A stretch of 48,841 bases of DNA from Theionarchaea archaeon (lineage in GTDB: Archaea; Methanobacteriota_B; Thermococci; Methanofastidiosales; SZ-28-30). Positions 18,317 to 25,808 of the stretch are shown piece by piece; within the stretch, counting starts at the first letter, position 1, and each line of letters opens with the position of its first letter. Made by a program: the position numbers and the translations under genes. Below the pieces are notes generated by a model. It ran no database searches and was not told the origin of the DNA. It was given only the letters and a program-made list of their open reading frames with translations. The DNA lies in the NCBI GenBank assembly GCA_018992565.1, contig JACVGW010000006.1, positions 2,441 to 51,281 on the forward strand. Direction: 5' to 3'.

Positions 18317-18688
18317 ATGGCGAAAACAAAAATTGAAGCTCTTACTGACCTTTTAAAAGAATTAGAAGCTACAACACCCGATATTGAAGCCTCTGCTGTC
18401 GTTTCTGTAGATGGGTTGATGATTGCATCTGCTCTTCCTCGAGATGTGGAGGAGGACAGGGTTGCTGCCATGTCTGCTGCCATGCTCTCACTGGGTGAAA
18501 GAACTGCCAAAGAACTGGCTCGAGGAGACTTGTCAGAGGTCTACGTCAAAGGGGAAAATGGATATGTAGTGCTCATGGCATCAGGTGAGAACGCAGTCCT
18601 GACTGCACTGGCACGAAAAGATGCCAAACTGGGGCTGGTCTTTCTGGACATGAAGAGAACTGCAGAAGAAGTGGCCAACCTCGTGTAG
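18317..18688 (+). CDS. Roadblock/LC7 (MglB-like) domain protein
   Basis: ASAVVSVDGLMIASALP...DRVAAMSAAMLSLGER...GENGYVVLM...AKLGLVFLDM; AGGTGA RBS before ATG 18317. Confidence 0.92.
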   Translation: MAKTKIEALTDLLKELEATTPDIEASAVVSVDGLMIASALPRDVEEDRVAAMSAAMLSLGERTAKELARGDLSEVYVKGENGYVVLMASGENAVLTALARKDAKLGLVFLDMKRTAEEVANLV

Positions 18689-19024
18689 ATTGAGAAGCCA
18701 GAATGAGATTTTCCCATCGAAATATGATCTCGTGACTGGAGAGCAGATAGACAACCTCACTTTGGGAGCTTTTCTGGAAAGCTCGGAGAATCTATGATTG
18801 CTGGGTTGATGCATGGATCACTGGTATCTATGATGGAGAGGAAATTGAAGGGAGAGTCCAGGGATTCCCTGTTGATGCATTGAGAATATTGACAACAAGG
18901 AAGGCGATCTGAATCTCTCAAGAAATGTCGAAATATCTGGAATTGGGGCTGACAGAGCCCGATATCCCTGTGTCAGGACCGGGACGTGGAGAAAGATTTA
19001 TATTTCTACGGGCTCACTACGCAC

Positions 19025-19789
19025 ATGAACCTTTCGCAGGCTTTAACCAAAGCTTTTGACACAGTGAGTGAAACCCCATCCATGCTGATTCCCTCTGTCG
19101 TGCCATTTGTCATCAAGGTTGCCAGTTCACTGGCTGATTATCACCACACGTTTCAAACAGATGTTGCGAGGTTTTTCAGTGAAGCGCCGGAAGCCATGGA
19201 ACCAGAAGAAGCCTTCAGAATAATGGAACCTTTCTTTGACAGGATTGTACAGGATGTGACACTGATGGCTGCCGTAGACCTACTTGCATGGTTGGCGGGT
19301 GTGGTGGCTTTTTCAATGGTTATAGCCCTCACTGCAGCCCACATCCAGGGCAAGGAGATGAGCCTGTCCGGGGCCTTACACAGTACTTCTAGGAAGCTAT
19401 TGGGCCTCATTGCGGCTTCTGCTGTTGTATGGGTACTCATCAGAATGGGATTTTGTGCATTGTGCATTGGTGCTTTTTTGATCTGGGTTCTTCTGGCTCT
19501 GGTTCGTCAGGGTATCATAGTCGATGGACTTGGAATTGGAGAAAGCTTCTCCCAGAGTTACAATCTCGCACGGGTCAATTTCTTCGACATTATGCTTGTG
19601 CTTTTGATGTTCTTCCTTGTAAAGCTCTTTCTTGGCTTCATTCCCTTTATTGGTGACGGGCTGGGCTACTTTGTGGATGTGTTTTCAGTGACTGTCCTGA
19701 CTATTCTGTATTTTGATCGGAAGGAGTTGAAGCTGCCATCAGCGGGAGTATCACCATCGGGACAACCAACCCTGCCAGAAACCCCGTGA
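19025..19789 (+). CDS. Hypothetical polytopic membrane protein
   Basis: Five to six hydrophobic helices; GIGESFSQSYNL pattern; TATA (TTTATAT) about 25 nt upstream of ATG 19025. Confidence 0.75.
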   Translation: MNLSQALTKAFDTVSETPSMLIPSVVPFVIKVASSLADYHHTFQTDVARFFSEAPEAMEPEEAFRIMEPFFDRIVQDVTLMAAVDLLAWLAGVVAFSMVIALTAAHIQGKEMSLSGALHSTSRKLLGLIAASAVVWVLIRMGFCALCIGAFLIWVLLALVRQGIIVDGLGIGESFSQSYNLARVNFFDIMLVLLMFFLVKLFLGFIPFIGDGLGYFVDVFSVTVLTILYFDRKELKLPSAGVSPSGQPTLPETP

Positions 19790-20168
19790 TGCATCGCAAC
19801 AGGGTTGTACTCTCCCTCAATCCCAGGAACTGGGTCACTCCATCCAGTGCCATGGGCAAAAGCAGTGCGCCAAGTACTATCGCTGGAGGCATTGCAGGAT
19901 TATGAATGTTACGTGTTCGCGGGTAGGCAGCAGTTCCCAGCAAGGCGCCCACGTACAGTGAAAAATCTCTGGCACAGACAGGAACCTGAGCTCCCCAAAA
20001 GAAGAGAGATCGTTCAGGGTTCTGGTGACATACAAAAGAGAAGCAGTAATAAAGAACCTCAGAACGTGCTTGATACCCTCTTGCTGACACGTATGGAGTG
20101 AGTACTATGAGGACTATCCATATAGATTCACCTGCAAGGAAGAGGAAGTACAAGGTCTTAAGTTGCAT
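19701..20168 (-). CDS. DUF2085 membrane protein
   Basis: FVCHQNPERS...PVCARD...PMALDGVTQFLGLRES...LRCITG; alternative start 20207. Confidence 0.85.
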   Translation of the reverse strand: MQLKTLYFLFLAGESIWIVLIVLTPYVSARGYQARSEVLYYCFSFVCHQNPERSLFFWGAQVPVCARDFSLYVGALLGTAAYPRTRNIHNPAMPPAIVLGALLLPMALDGVTQFLGLRESTTLLRCITGFLAGLVVPMVILPLMAASTPSDQNTE

Positions 20169-20358
20169 ATGTACGTCACTAGAAATACCTTCCAAAAAAA
20201 GGTTCATATGATATGAACATCCTGAGGTAGAACCCGTTCAGAAATCCAGATTGTCTATTCTTCACATGCATGGGAAGTTCCTGCTAAGCACCTGGACCCA
20301 AAAAGAGAGCAATAGATCCCTTTGAAGTAATATTCTAAACTGAAATCTGAAATCAAGG

Positions 20359-21309
20359 TCAGGAGCGTTCCATGGCATGGAGATATATTCTCTTGATCAA
20401 GGTTTCAAAGGTCAGCCCCTGTAGTCTGGCCATGGTGGGAAATGCACTGTAACCGATATAGAGTCCAGGAAGCGTGTTGATTTCAAGGACATACGGAACG
20501 TTATCCTGGAGCCGAATGTCGACGCGGGCGTAATCTCTGCAGTGGAGCGCTCTATATGCTTTCATTGCAGCTCGAACAACAATCTTCCTCTCATGAGGAG
20601 TCAGTTGGGCACGGAATGTATGTTCAGTGGTATACCCAATGCGCGCTTTTACTTCAAAGTCGTATACAGCAGTGTCAAGGTCCTTGAAATCAGTTTCCAG
20701 GATGGGAAGTACGTCCAGGGATTCATTTCCCATAATACCCACTGTGAGTTCTCTTCCCTCCACAAAAGGTTCAATCATGACTGTGCTGTGCTTTGGAATG
20801 GTCTCTTTGACTGCCTTCTTGAGCTGGGAATAAGAGTTTACTTTTCGCACACCTCGGCTTGAACCCCCATCTGTAGGTTTCACCACCATTGGGAAATCTA
20901 TGCCATCCAGATCATTACGGGTTACCTGAATGGTATCCAAGATCTCAAAAGGAGGAGTTGGGACTTTATTTGCCATGAAGACTTCCTTTGATTTTGGCTT
21001 GTTCAATCCCACTGCATGCGTCAGTACCCCTGAGCCTGTATATGGTATTCCAAGTCGTTCCAGAATGGCAGGAATGTGTGCTTGCTTGCTCTCTCCATTT
21101 AATCCTGTGCTCAAATTGAACACAGCATCCATCTTTCTCAACGTGGGGAGCGTAAATCTGTCCTCATTCATGAGCACCGGCTCGCACATATCTTTTAGCG
21201 CTCTGTAAATCGACTGGAGTGTCTTTCCCTTCATTTCAGGGGTATCAGCATAGATTTTTTCTTCCAGTTGTTCCATGCAGGTCTGGCTGTACACAATTCC
21301 TACCTTCAC
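20359..21309 (-). CDS. ATP-grasp ligase, D-Ala-D-Ala ligase-like
   Basis: GIPYTGSG, VVKPTDGGSSRGV, EPFVEGRELTVG, DYARVDIR, LEINTLPG; lacks the GGxSxE N-terminal motif of true Ddl. Confidence 0.87.
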   Translation of the reverse strand: MKVGIVYSQTCMEQLEEKIYADTPEMKGKTLQSIYRALKDMCEPVLMNEDRFTLPTLRKMDAVFNLSTGLNGESKQAHIPAILERLGIPYTGSGVLTHAVGLNKPKSKEVFMANKVPTPPFEILDTIQVTRNDLDGIDFPMVVKPTDGGSSRGVRKVNSYSQLKKAVKETIPKHSTVMIEPFVEGRELTVGIMGNESLDVLPILETDFKDLDTAVYDFEVKARIGYTTEHTFRAQLTPHERKIVVRAAMKAYRALHCRDYARVDIRLQDNVPYVLEINTLPGLYIGYSAFPTMARLQGLTFETLIKRIYLHAMERS

Positions 21310-22091
21310 CTGAACACCTCAGAGGGCAATTCTGGTACTGAAGGAGGAACTCTCTTGTACGCAGTACTCTCTACTCTCTTGAGGACTTTCTTGATTACCT
21401 GTTCATCAATCCCCATGTCCACCAGATCTTCTGTGGAATGACCTCTCTCAATATGACATAAAATGATGTCGGCTTCAGAATAGCTGAATCCGAATTCTTC
21501 CTCATCTGTCTGACCGGCCCAGAAATCTGCAGTGGACTTCTTCTCTACAATACGTTCAGGGACTCCCAACTCTCGTCCCAGAATGACAATCTGAGTCTTG
21601 TATAACCCCGATATGGGATCTATGTCCCAGGCAGAGTCCCCGTGGTTGGTAAAATATCCCAGGAGGTCTTCAGATTTGTTGCTTGTTCCAAGAACCAGAG
21701 CCTTGTACTTGTCTGCATAGTAGTACAGAATGCTCATGCGCTCTCTTACCATCTTGCTTCCCAGTCGCCTCTTGTCAGTGTCATTGACCACTGCTTTAAA
21801 AGAGTCCACCATGGGAGAAATATCCACTTCGAGAAAGGATATTCCCAAATCCTCGATGACGGCTTGTGCATCCTCCTTGTTCTGTTGAGACATTGTCCTG
21901 TAGGGCAAGAAGATGCCTATAACGTTCTCTCTTCCTAAGGCTTCAGTGGCCAAGTATGCGACTACAGCAGAGTCGATTCCCCCTGAAATACCAATAACAG
22001 CTTTGTCAAAGGGAGACTTTTCCACTTCGTTCTGGACAAAATTAATCAAGTGTTCTTTCAGTAGTGTTGTATTAATATCCACAAATAACAT
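21306..22091 (-). CDS. nadE: NH3-dependent NAD+ synthetase family protein (N-type ATP pyrophosphatase)
   Basis: GISGGIDSAV PP-loop, GTSNKSE, GLYKTQ, GQTDEEEFG; alternative start GTG 22082. Confidence 0.82.
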   Translation of the reverse strand: MLFVDINTTLLKEHLINFVQNEVEKSPFDKAVIGISGGIDSAVVAYLATEALGRENVIGIFLPYRTMSQQNKEDAQAVIEDLGISFLEVDISPMVDSFKAVVNDTDKRRLGSKMVRERMSILYYYADKYKALVLGTSNKSEDLLGYFTNHGDSAWDIDPISGLYKTQIVILGRELGVPERIVEKKSTADFWAGQTDEEEFGFSYSEADIILCHIERGHSTEDLVDMGIDEQVIKKVLKRVESTAYKRVPPSVPELPSEVFR

Positions 22092-23712
22092 CCTCCGCTA
22101 ATCCATCTATTCGTTCCTGTTCAGTCATGATCTGACCTTCATTCACCGCGTAGCATGCTCCATTGATCATTTGCGTTCTGACTTCGCCTCTGGCTATAGT
22201 GCTGCCCTTCAACTGGGGAGCATCCAGCAACCCACATCTCACTGCTTTCTCCAGTACCTCTGGATCAGTGAGAGGCTCTTCAGCACTACTCCCCAGAGTC
22301 TTTATGGCATCAATGAGGATATACGCTTCTCTCAACAACTGGTTCTTTCTCTGGATCACTCTGGGGTCAGCTGCCGCATCTGGCATTCCCATGAGACAAT
22401 TCTGTATGACACGTCTCGCAATCTTCGATGTCCTGATGACATCTTCGGGCGTGGCTGCATGGTCTGCCTCGCTGTAGGACACACAGTGCACTATGTCGGG
22501 GTGAATGGCCATTCCCACGCTGACCGCAAATGCCAGCTGCCCCATTGCATAGTCGGTATCCACAGGATAACTCAGCAATCCGGCCACCCGCACCTGCCGC
22601 AGCGAAGTGAATGTCTGGTCATGCAACGATTCGATCAATGTCATCTTGGCAATCATCTTGGCCACATCCATCAAAGGAGATGTACCCAGAGGGGTGTTAA
22701 ACATATACTGAGACACATAGGTGCTCACCCCCATGTTCTTTGCATTGTAAGCTGCCAGATATGCCATGACCACAGCCAGAGTATCATGTGCATTTCGCAG
22801 CGACCACTGATGGGCTTCATTGACTTCCACAGGAATCCCTCTTTCCGCATTCCACCTCATGTTCTCTTGATTCTCAGAAATGGCCTCTCTCAAAGGCCTG
22901 GCACTCCTTCCATCCAATTCACTATACCAGGTCAAAGGAGTAGCAGTCCATGCATTGTTGATTGTCTCACAGAGAAGCCTTGACATCCTCATCAGGTCCC
23001 GCGTCCCGCTGTAACATCGTAAGAGAGGATAGTTCCCCCGTCTTGACGCCCTGTACATCCTGACAAGGTCCTCCTTCCTACGGAAGGGGACGCCTCCAGA
23101 ACCTGTCTCCTCTGTCATCTCTTCCGGGCGGAAGAAGCTCTCCTGCGCATTCTGGTCAGGAGCAATACTAATAACGTCCACTACCTGAGCTTCGGCAATC
23201 CTTTGTATACCCCTCGTGGTTTCCTCCAGTGAAGGCAAGCCAAAGTGATGACGTAGAATGGGGAAGGGTTTCTTGAGAAAAACCCGCTCAATCAATGTCT
23301 GAGGATAGTAGTCTTTTTCCTGGGTTACCTCCTCGTGCTTCAAATACGAGATAGTATCTTCCATGGTAGATAATCCGTCAAATACTCTTTCAAACAGTCC
23401 CGATTTTTCAGCAACACTGCACACTGGAGCAGTTCCTCCACATATCCATCTCTTATTCTTAATTCCATGGTGTGAAATCTTCTTCTTTAACTCCTCAAAC
23501 AGCACCTGAGCGTTTTCTGGAGTCAACCGGTATGACACACCAATAATGTCAGGATCATATTCCATGATCTCCCGAATAAGATCATCGATACGGACTGCAG
23601 GTCCTAAGAACTTTGTTTGATATTCCAATTTCTCAGCAAGGTCCAGGAAGTTCAAAACGCCTGCCACGTGGATGCAACTTCCAATTGATGCACCCAGTAT
23701 TCTCTTACTCAT
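22072..23712 (-). CDS. Cobalamin-binding protein: N-terminal B12-binding domain fused to a putative mutase-like TIM barrel
   Basis: GSCIHVAG (variant of DxHxxG), GVSYRLT and ICGGT of a base-off B12 Rossmann domain, followed by about 400 further residues; GAGGTG RBS before ATG 23712. Confidence 0.8.
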   Translation of the reverse strand: MSKRILGASIGSCIHVAGVLNFLDLAEKLEYQTKFLGPAVRIDDLIREIMEYDPDIIGVSYRLTPENAQVLFEELKKKISHHGIKNKRWICGGTAPVCSVAEKSGLFERVFDGLSTMEDTISYLKHEEVTQEKDYYPQTLIERVFLKKPFPILRHHFGLPSLEETTRGIQRIAEAQVVDVISIAPDQNAQESFFRPEEMTEETGSGGVPFRRKEDLVRMYRASRRGNYPLLRCYSGTRDLMRMSRLLCETINNAWTATPLTWYSELDGRSARPLREAISENQENMRWNAERGIPVEVNEAHQWSLRNAHDTLAVVMAYLAAYNAKNMGVSTYVSQYMFNTPLGTSPLMDVAKMIAKMTLIESLHDQTFTSLRQVRVAGLLSYPVDTDYAMGQLAFAVSVGMAIHPDIVHCVSYSEADHAATPEDVIRTSKIARRVIQNCLMGMPDAAADPRVIQRKNQLLREAYILIDAIKTLGSSAEEPLTDPEVLEKAVRCGLLDAPQLKGSTIARGEVRTQMINGACYAVNEGQIMTEQERIDGLAEDVICGY

Positions 23713-23713
23713 G

Positions 23714-24787
23714 CTATGCACCTCTGGTAACGTATTCTATCATCTGTTGACTATTCATTCCTTCAAGACCCAGACTCTTCACTGTCCTTCCTTCTAATCC
23801 AAAATCAATTCCGTACAGGTGAGTGGCAATCCCAATGACACTCTCAATGGCTGGGGCAGGTGCTCCCAGATAATTCCCCAGCGAAGCAATAGGCACCAGT
23901 CCTGTAGGAATGTCTTCCATGATATACCGATGGACAGGGGTTTGCGGCGATCCTACTCCGCTATATTTCCCATTATCCTGGATGCGTTCGAACAACGTCT
24001 CTCCCTGGGCATTGTAGACTCTTCTCAACCACTGGCGCGCAGACAGTGTTGAAACACCCATAGCATGAGCAACTCGCTGCCTTTCTTTGTCAACCCGCTC
24101 AAGAAACCGTGCCACGTAAGGAGTTATTCCATCAAAATAGTAGCTAAACTTCTGGCTTGATTCAATTCTGCCCATATTGAGAATCATGGTGGACGGATGG
24201 AAAATGGCACCTATGTTGGCCAGACTAGTTTCCATCACATTTTCTGCCTTTTCGAAAGAGGGGTGAACCTTCTTCAACAGGCTGATTACTCTGCTGGTAT
24301 CTGAAGCGGGAAAGGCTGCTACAGGCACTGATTTCTTGATGCCTGTGATCCTGGCCTGGTTATCCACCACCCGGCTCACGAATAAAAAAGTCTGTGTTTC
24401 TGCAATGTATATTCTTCTTGAGAATCCTTTCCTTTCCAGAGCATTTTTGAATTCCAGAGCACCCCCTGTACGCCCGGGATTGAGAACAACAACCTGGCCA
24501 TCTTCCAAATGAGGAGCACAGATTTCGGCAATAAACCTATGTGCCTGAGCGGGCACTACCACCATAACCAGATCTACATTAGAAAGTGCTTTCTTGATAT
24601 CTGTCGTAACAACATTCAGAGGGGCAACCTCCTCAAAAAGCCCCCTTAAATGAATGCCCATATCATTTTTTATGTGTTCTATTCTCTTTTCGCTTCTATT
24701 AAACAAGTTCACAGAGAATCCTCTCACGGAAAGGTACCCTGCCAGTGCCTGACCTCCATTACCTGCTCCCAAAACGGCTACATTCAT
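23714..24787 (-). CDS. NAD/NADP-dependent octopine/nopaline (opine) dehydrogenase family protein
   Basis: VAVLGAGNGG, LNPGRTGG, AETQT, NIGAIFHP, DKER, HRYIMEDIPTGL, GRT. Confidence 0.88.
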   Translation of the reverse strand: MNVAVLGAGNGGQALAGYLSVRGFSVNLFNRSEKRIEHIKNDMGIHLRGLFEEVAPLNVVTTDIKKALSNVDLVMVVVPAQAHRFIAEICAPHLEDGQVVVLNPGRTGGALEFKNALERKGFSRRIYIAETQTFLFVSRVVDNQARITGIKKSVPVAAFPASDTSRVISLLKKVHPSFEKAENVMETSLANIGAIFHPSTMILNMGRIESSQKFSYYFDGITPYVARFLERVDKERQRVAHAMGVSTLSARQWLRRVYNAQGETLFERIQDNGKYSGVGSPQTPVHRYIMEDIPTGLVPIASLGNYLGAPAPAIESVIGIATHLYGIDFGLEGRTVKSLGLEGMNSQQMIEYVTRGA

Positions 24788-24812
24788 GCTATCACCTCTT
24801 ATCTACCAACGT

Positions 24813-25067
24813 TCACTTTTTCAACCTTATAAAAGTCTTTCTCTTCCCCAAATCACCCTTACCATATGATTTCTCTACTAAATCGCATTTTAACAGCTTT
24901 TCGACTCCTTTTGAAACGGCTGCTTCCGTAAATCCGATTTCGTTCGCAATGAAGCAAATTGAATTTGAACCCTCCTTCTCTGCCAGATACAAAAGTATCA
25001 AGAGAGCTGTAGGATTCCGTTTGATCTCGTAGGGAAGAGCCTTTATATCGGTGGTGGTCATGTTCAT
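24813..25067 (-). CDS. Small winged helix-turn-helix transcriptional regulator
   Basis: LLILLYLAE...IANEIGFTEAAVSKGVEKLLKCDLVEK HTH pattern; first gene of the operon. Confidence 0.75.
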   Translation of the reverse strand: MNMTTTDIKALPYEIKRNPTALLILLYLAEKEGSNSICFIANEIGFTEAAVSKGVEKLLKCDLVEKSYGKGDLGKRKTFIRLKK

Positions 25068-25099
25068 CTCGTGTTCCACCTTGTCTAACTCTTGTTATA

Positions 25100-25137
25100 T
25101 CACATTTGTTATGTGACAATTATTATATGATAATTGT
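25100..25137. promoter_or_regulatory. Two adjacent inverted repeats (putative operators)
   Basis: TCACAT-N5-ATGTGA (25100-25116) and ACAATTAT-N6-ATAATTGT (25116-25137), between the TATA box and the HTH gene. Confidence 0.6.
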
Positions 25138-25141
25138 TAAA

Positions 25142-25158
25142 CTATATAAAGCTTTCGG
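25142..25158 (-). promoter_or_regulatory. Consensus BRE/TATA promoter of the HTH-opine DH-B12 operon
   Basis: Minus strand reads CCGAAAGCTTTATATAG. Confidence 0.75.
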
Positions 25159-25325
25159 TTAAGAGGTGCTGGGGGTCATGAAAACCAAAAGGAAATCCAC
25201 CTTCGCAAAGCAGTGCAGTGTCGCTCTTTCCTCTGGGTGTCGACGAGAATACTACTTGAAATTCTGGGGAAGAGTAGTCCCTGGTTCTTGCGAAAGATTT
25301 TTATCCTGTACCATTCAGTTGGATC

Positions 25326-25808
25326 ATGGCTGAATCCACGTGTATCGACATCGAGCTACCTGAATTTATGAATTTGCTGGAGGCAGAGGCAAAGAAAAAA
25401 ATGATCAAAGAGGTATCGGACAAGATACGGCCCGCTGTTTCTGACATGTTTGCCACAGAAGTGAGAAAAATTCTTGCAGAGAGAATTGATGCATTCCATG
25501 AAGGCCCGGGGAGACTCAACGATGAACCCGCGGAACTGGTAGAACCTGACATAGTGCAACCCGTTGATAACCCTCAAGAGATCAAAAAAGCCCTCGCAGA
25601 AGAGATTTTGTCGTTACCCGAGAAAGAAGCGTATCAGAAGCTCAAACTCTCTCTGGCTCAGGGAAAAATCGATGAATCTACCTTTGAAGAATTGAAGGGA
25701 TTACTTTCAGCAAGCGCTGCTCATGAATCTCTCATCTGCAAGAAATGCGGCAGGAACCTGGAACCATCCGCCAAGTTCTGCCGATTTTGTGGCACCAAAG
25801 TTATGTAG
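25326..25808 (+). CDS. Hypothetical protein with SHOCT-like segment and C-terminal zinc ribbon
   Basis: LAQGKIDESTFEELK; CKKCG...AKFCRFCG. Confidence 0.78.
   Translation: MAESTCIDIELPEFMNLLEAEAKKKMIKEVSDKIRPAVSDMFATEVRKILAERIDAFHEGPGRLNDEPAELVEPDIVQPVDNPQEIKKALAEEILSLPEKEAYQKLKLSLAQGKIDESTFEELKGLLSASAAHESLICKKCGRNLEPSAKFCRFCGTKVM

Noticed and set aside
18689-19000. Protein-like short frames downstream of the roadblock gene (possible gene remnant)
   Set aside because: Frames are under about 35 codons with no recognisable homology, so a pseudogene cannot be supported.
22171-22983. 270-aa ORF antisense to the B12 protein
   Set aside because: His/Gln-rich composition typical of a reverse-frame shadow; no motifs.
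22072-23712. Calling the B12 protein methionine synthase or a B12-radical SAM enzyme
   Set aside because: No homocysteine- or pterin-binding motifs and no CxxxCxxC.
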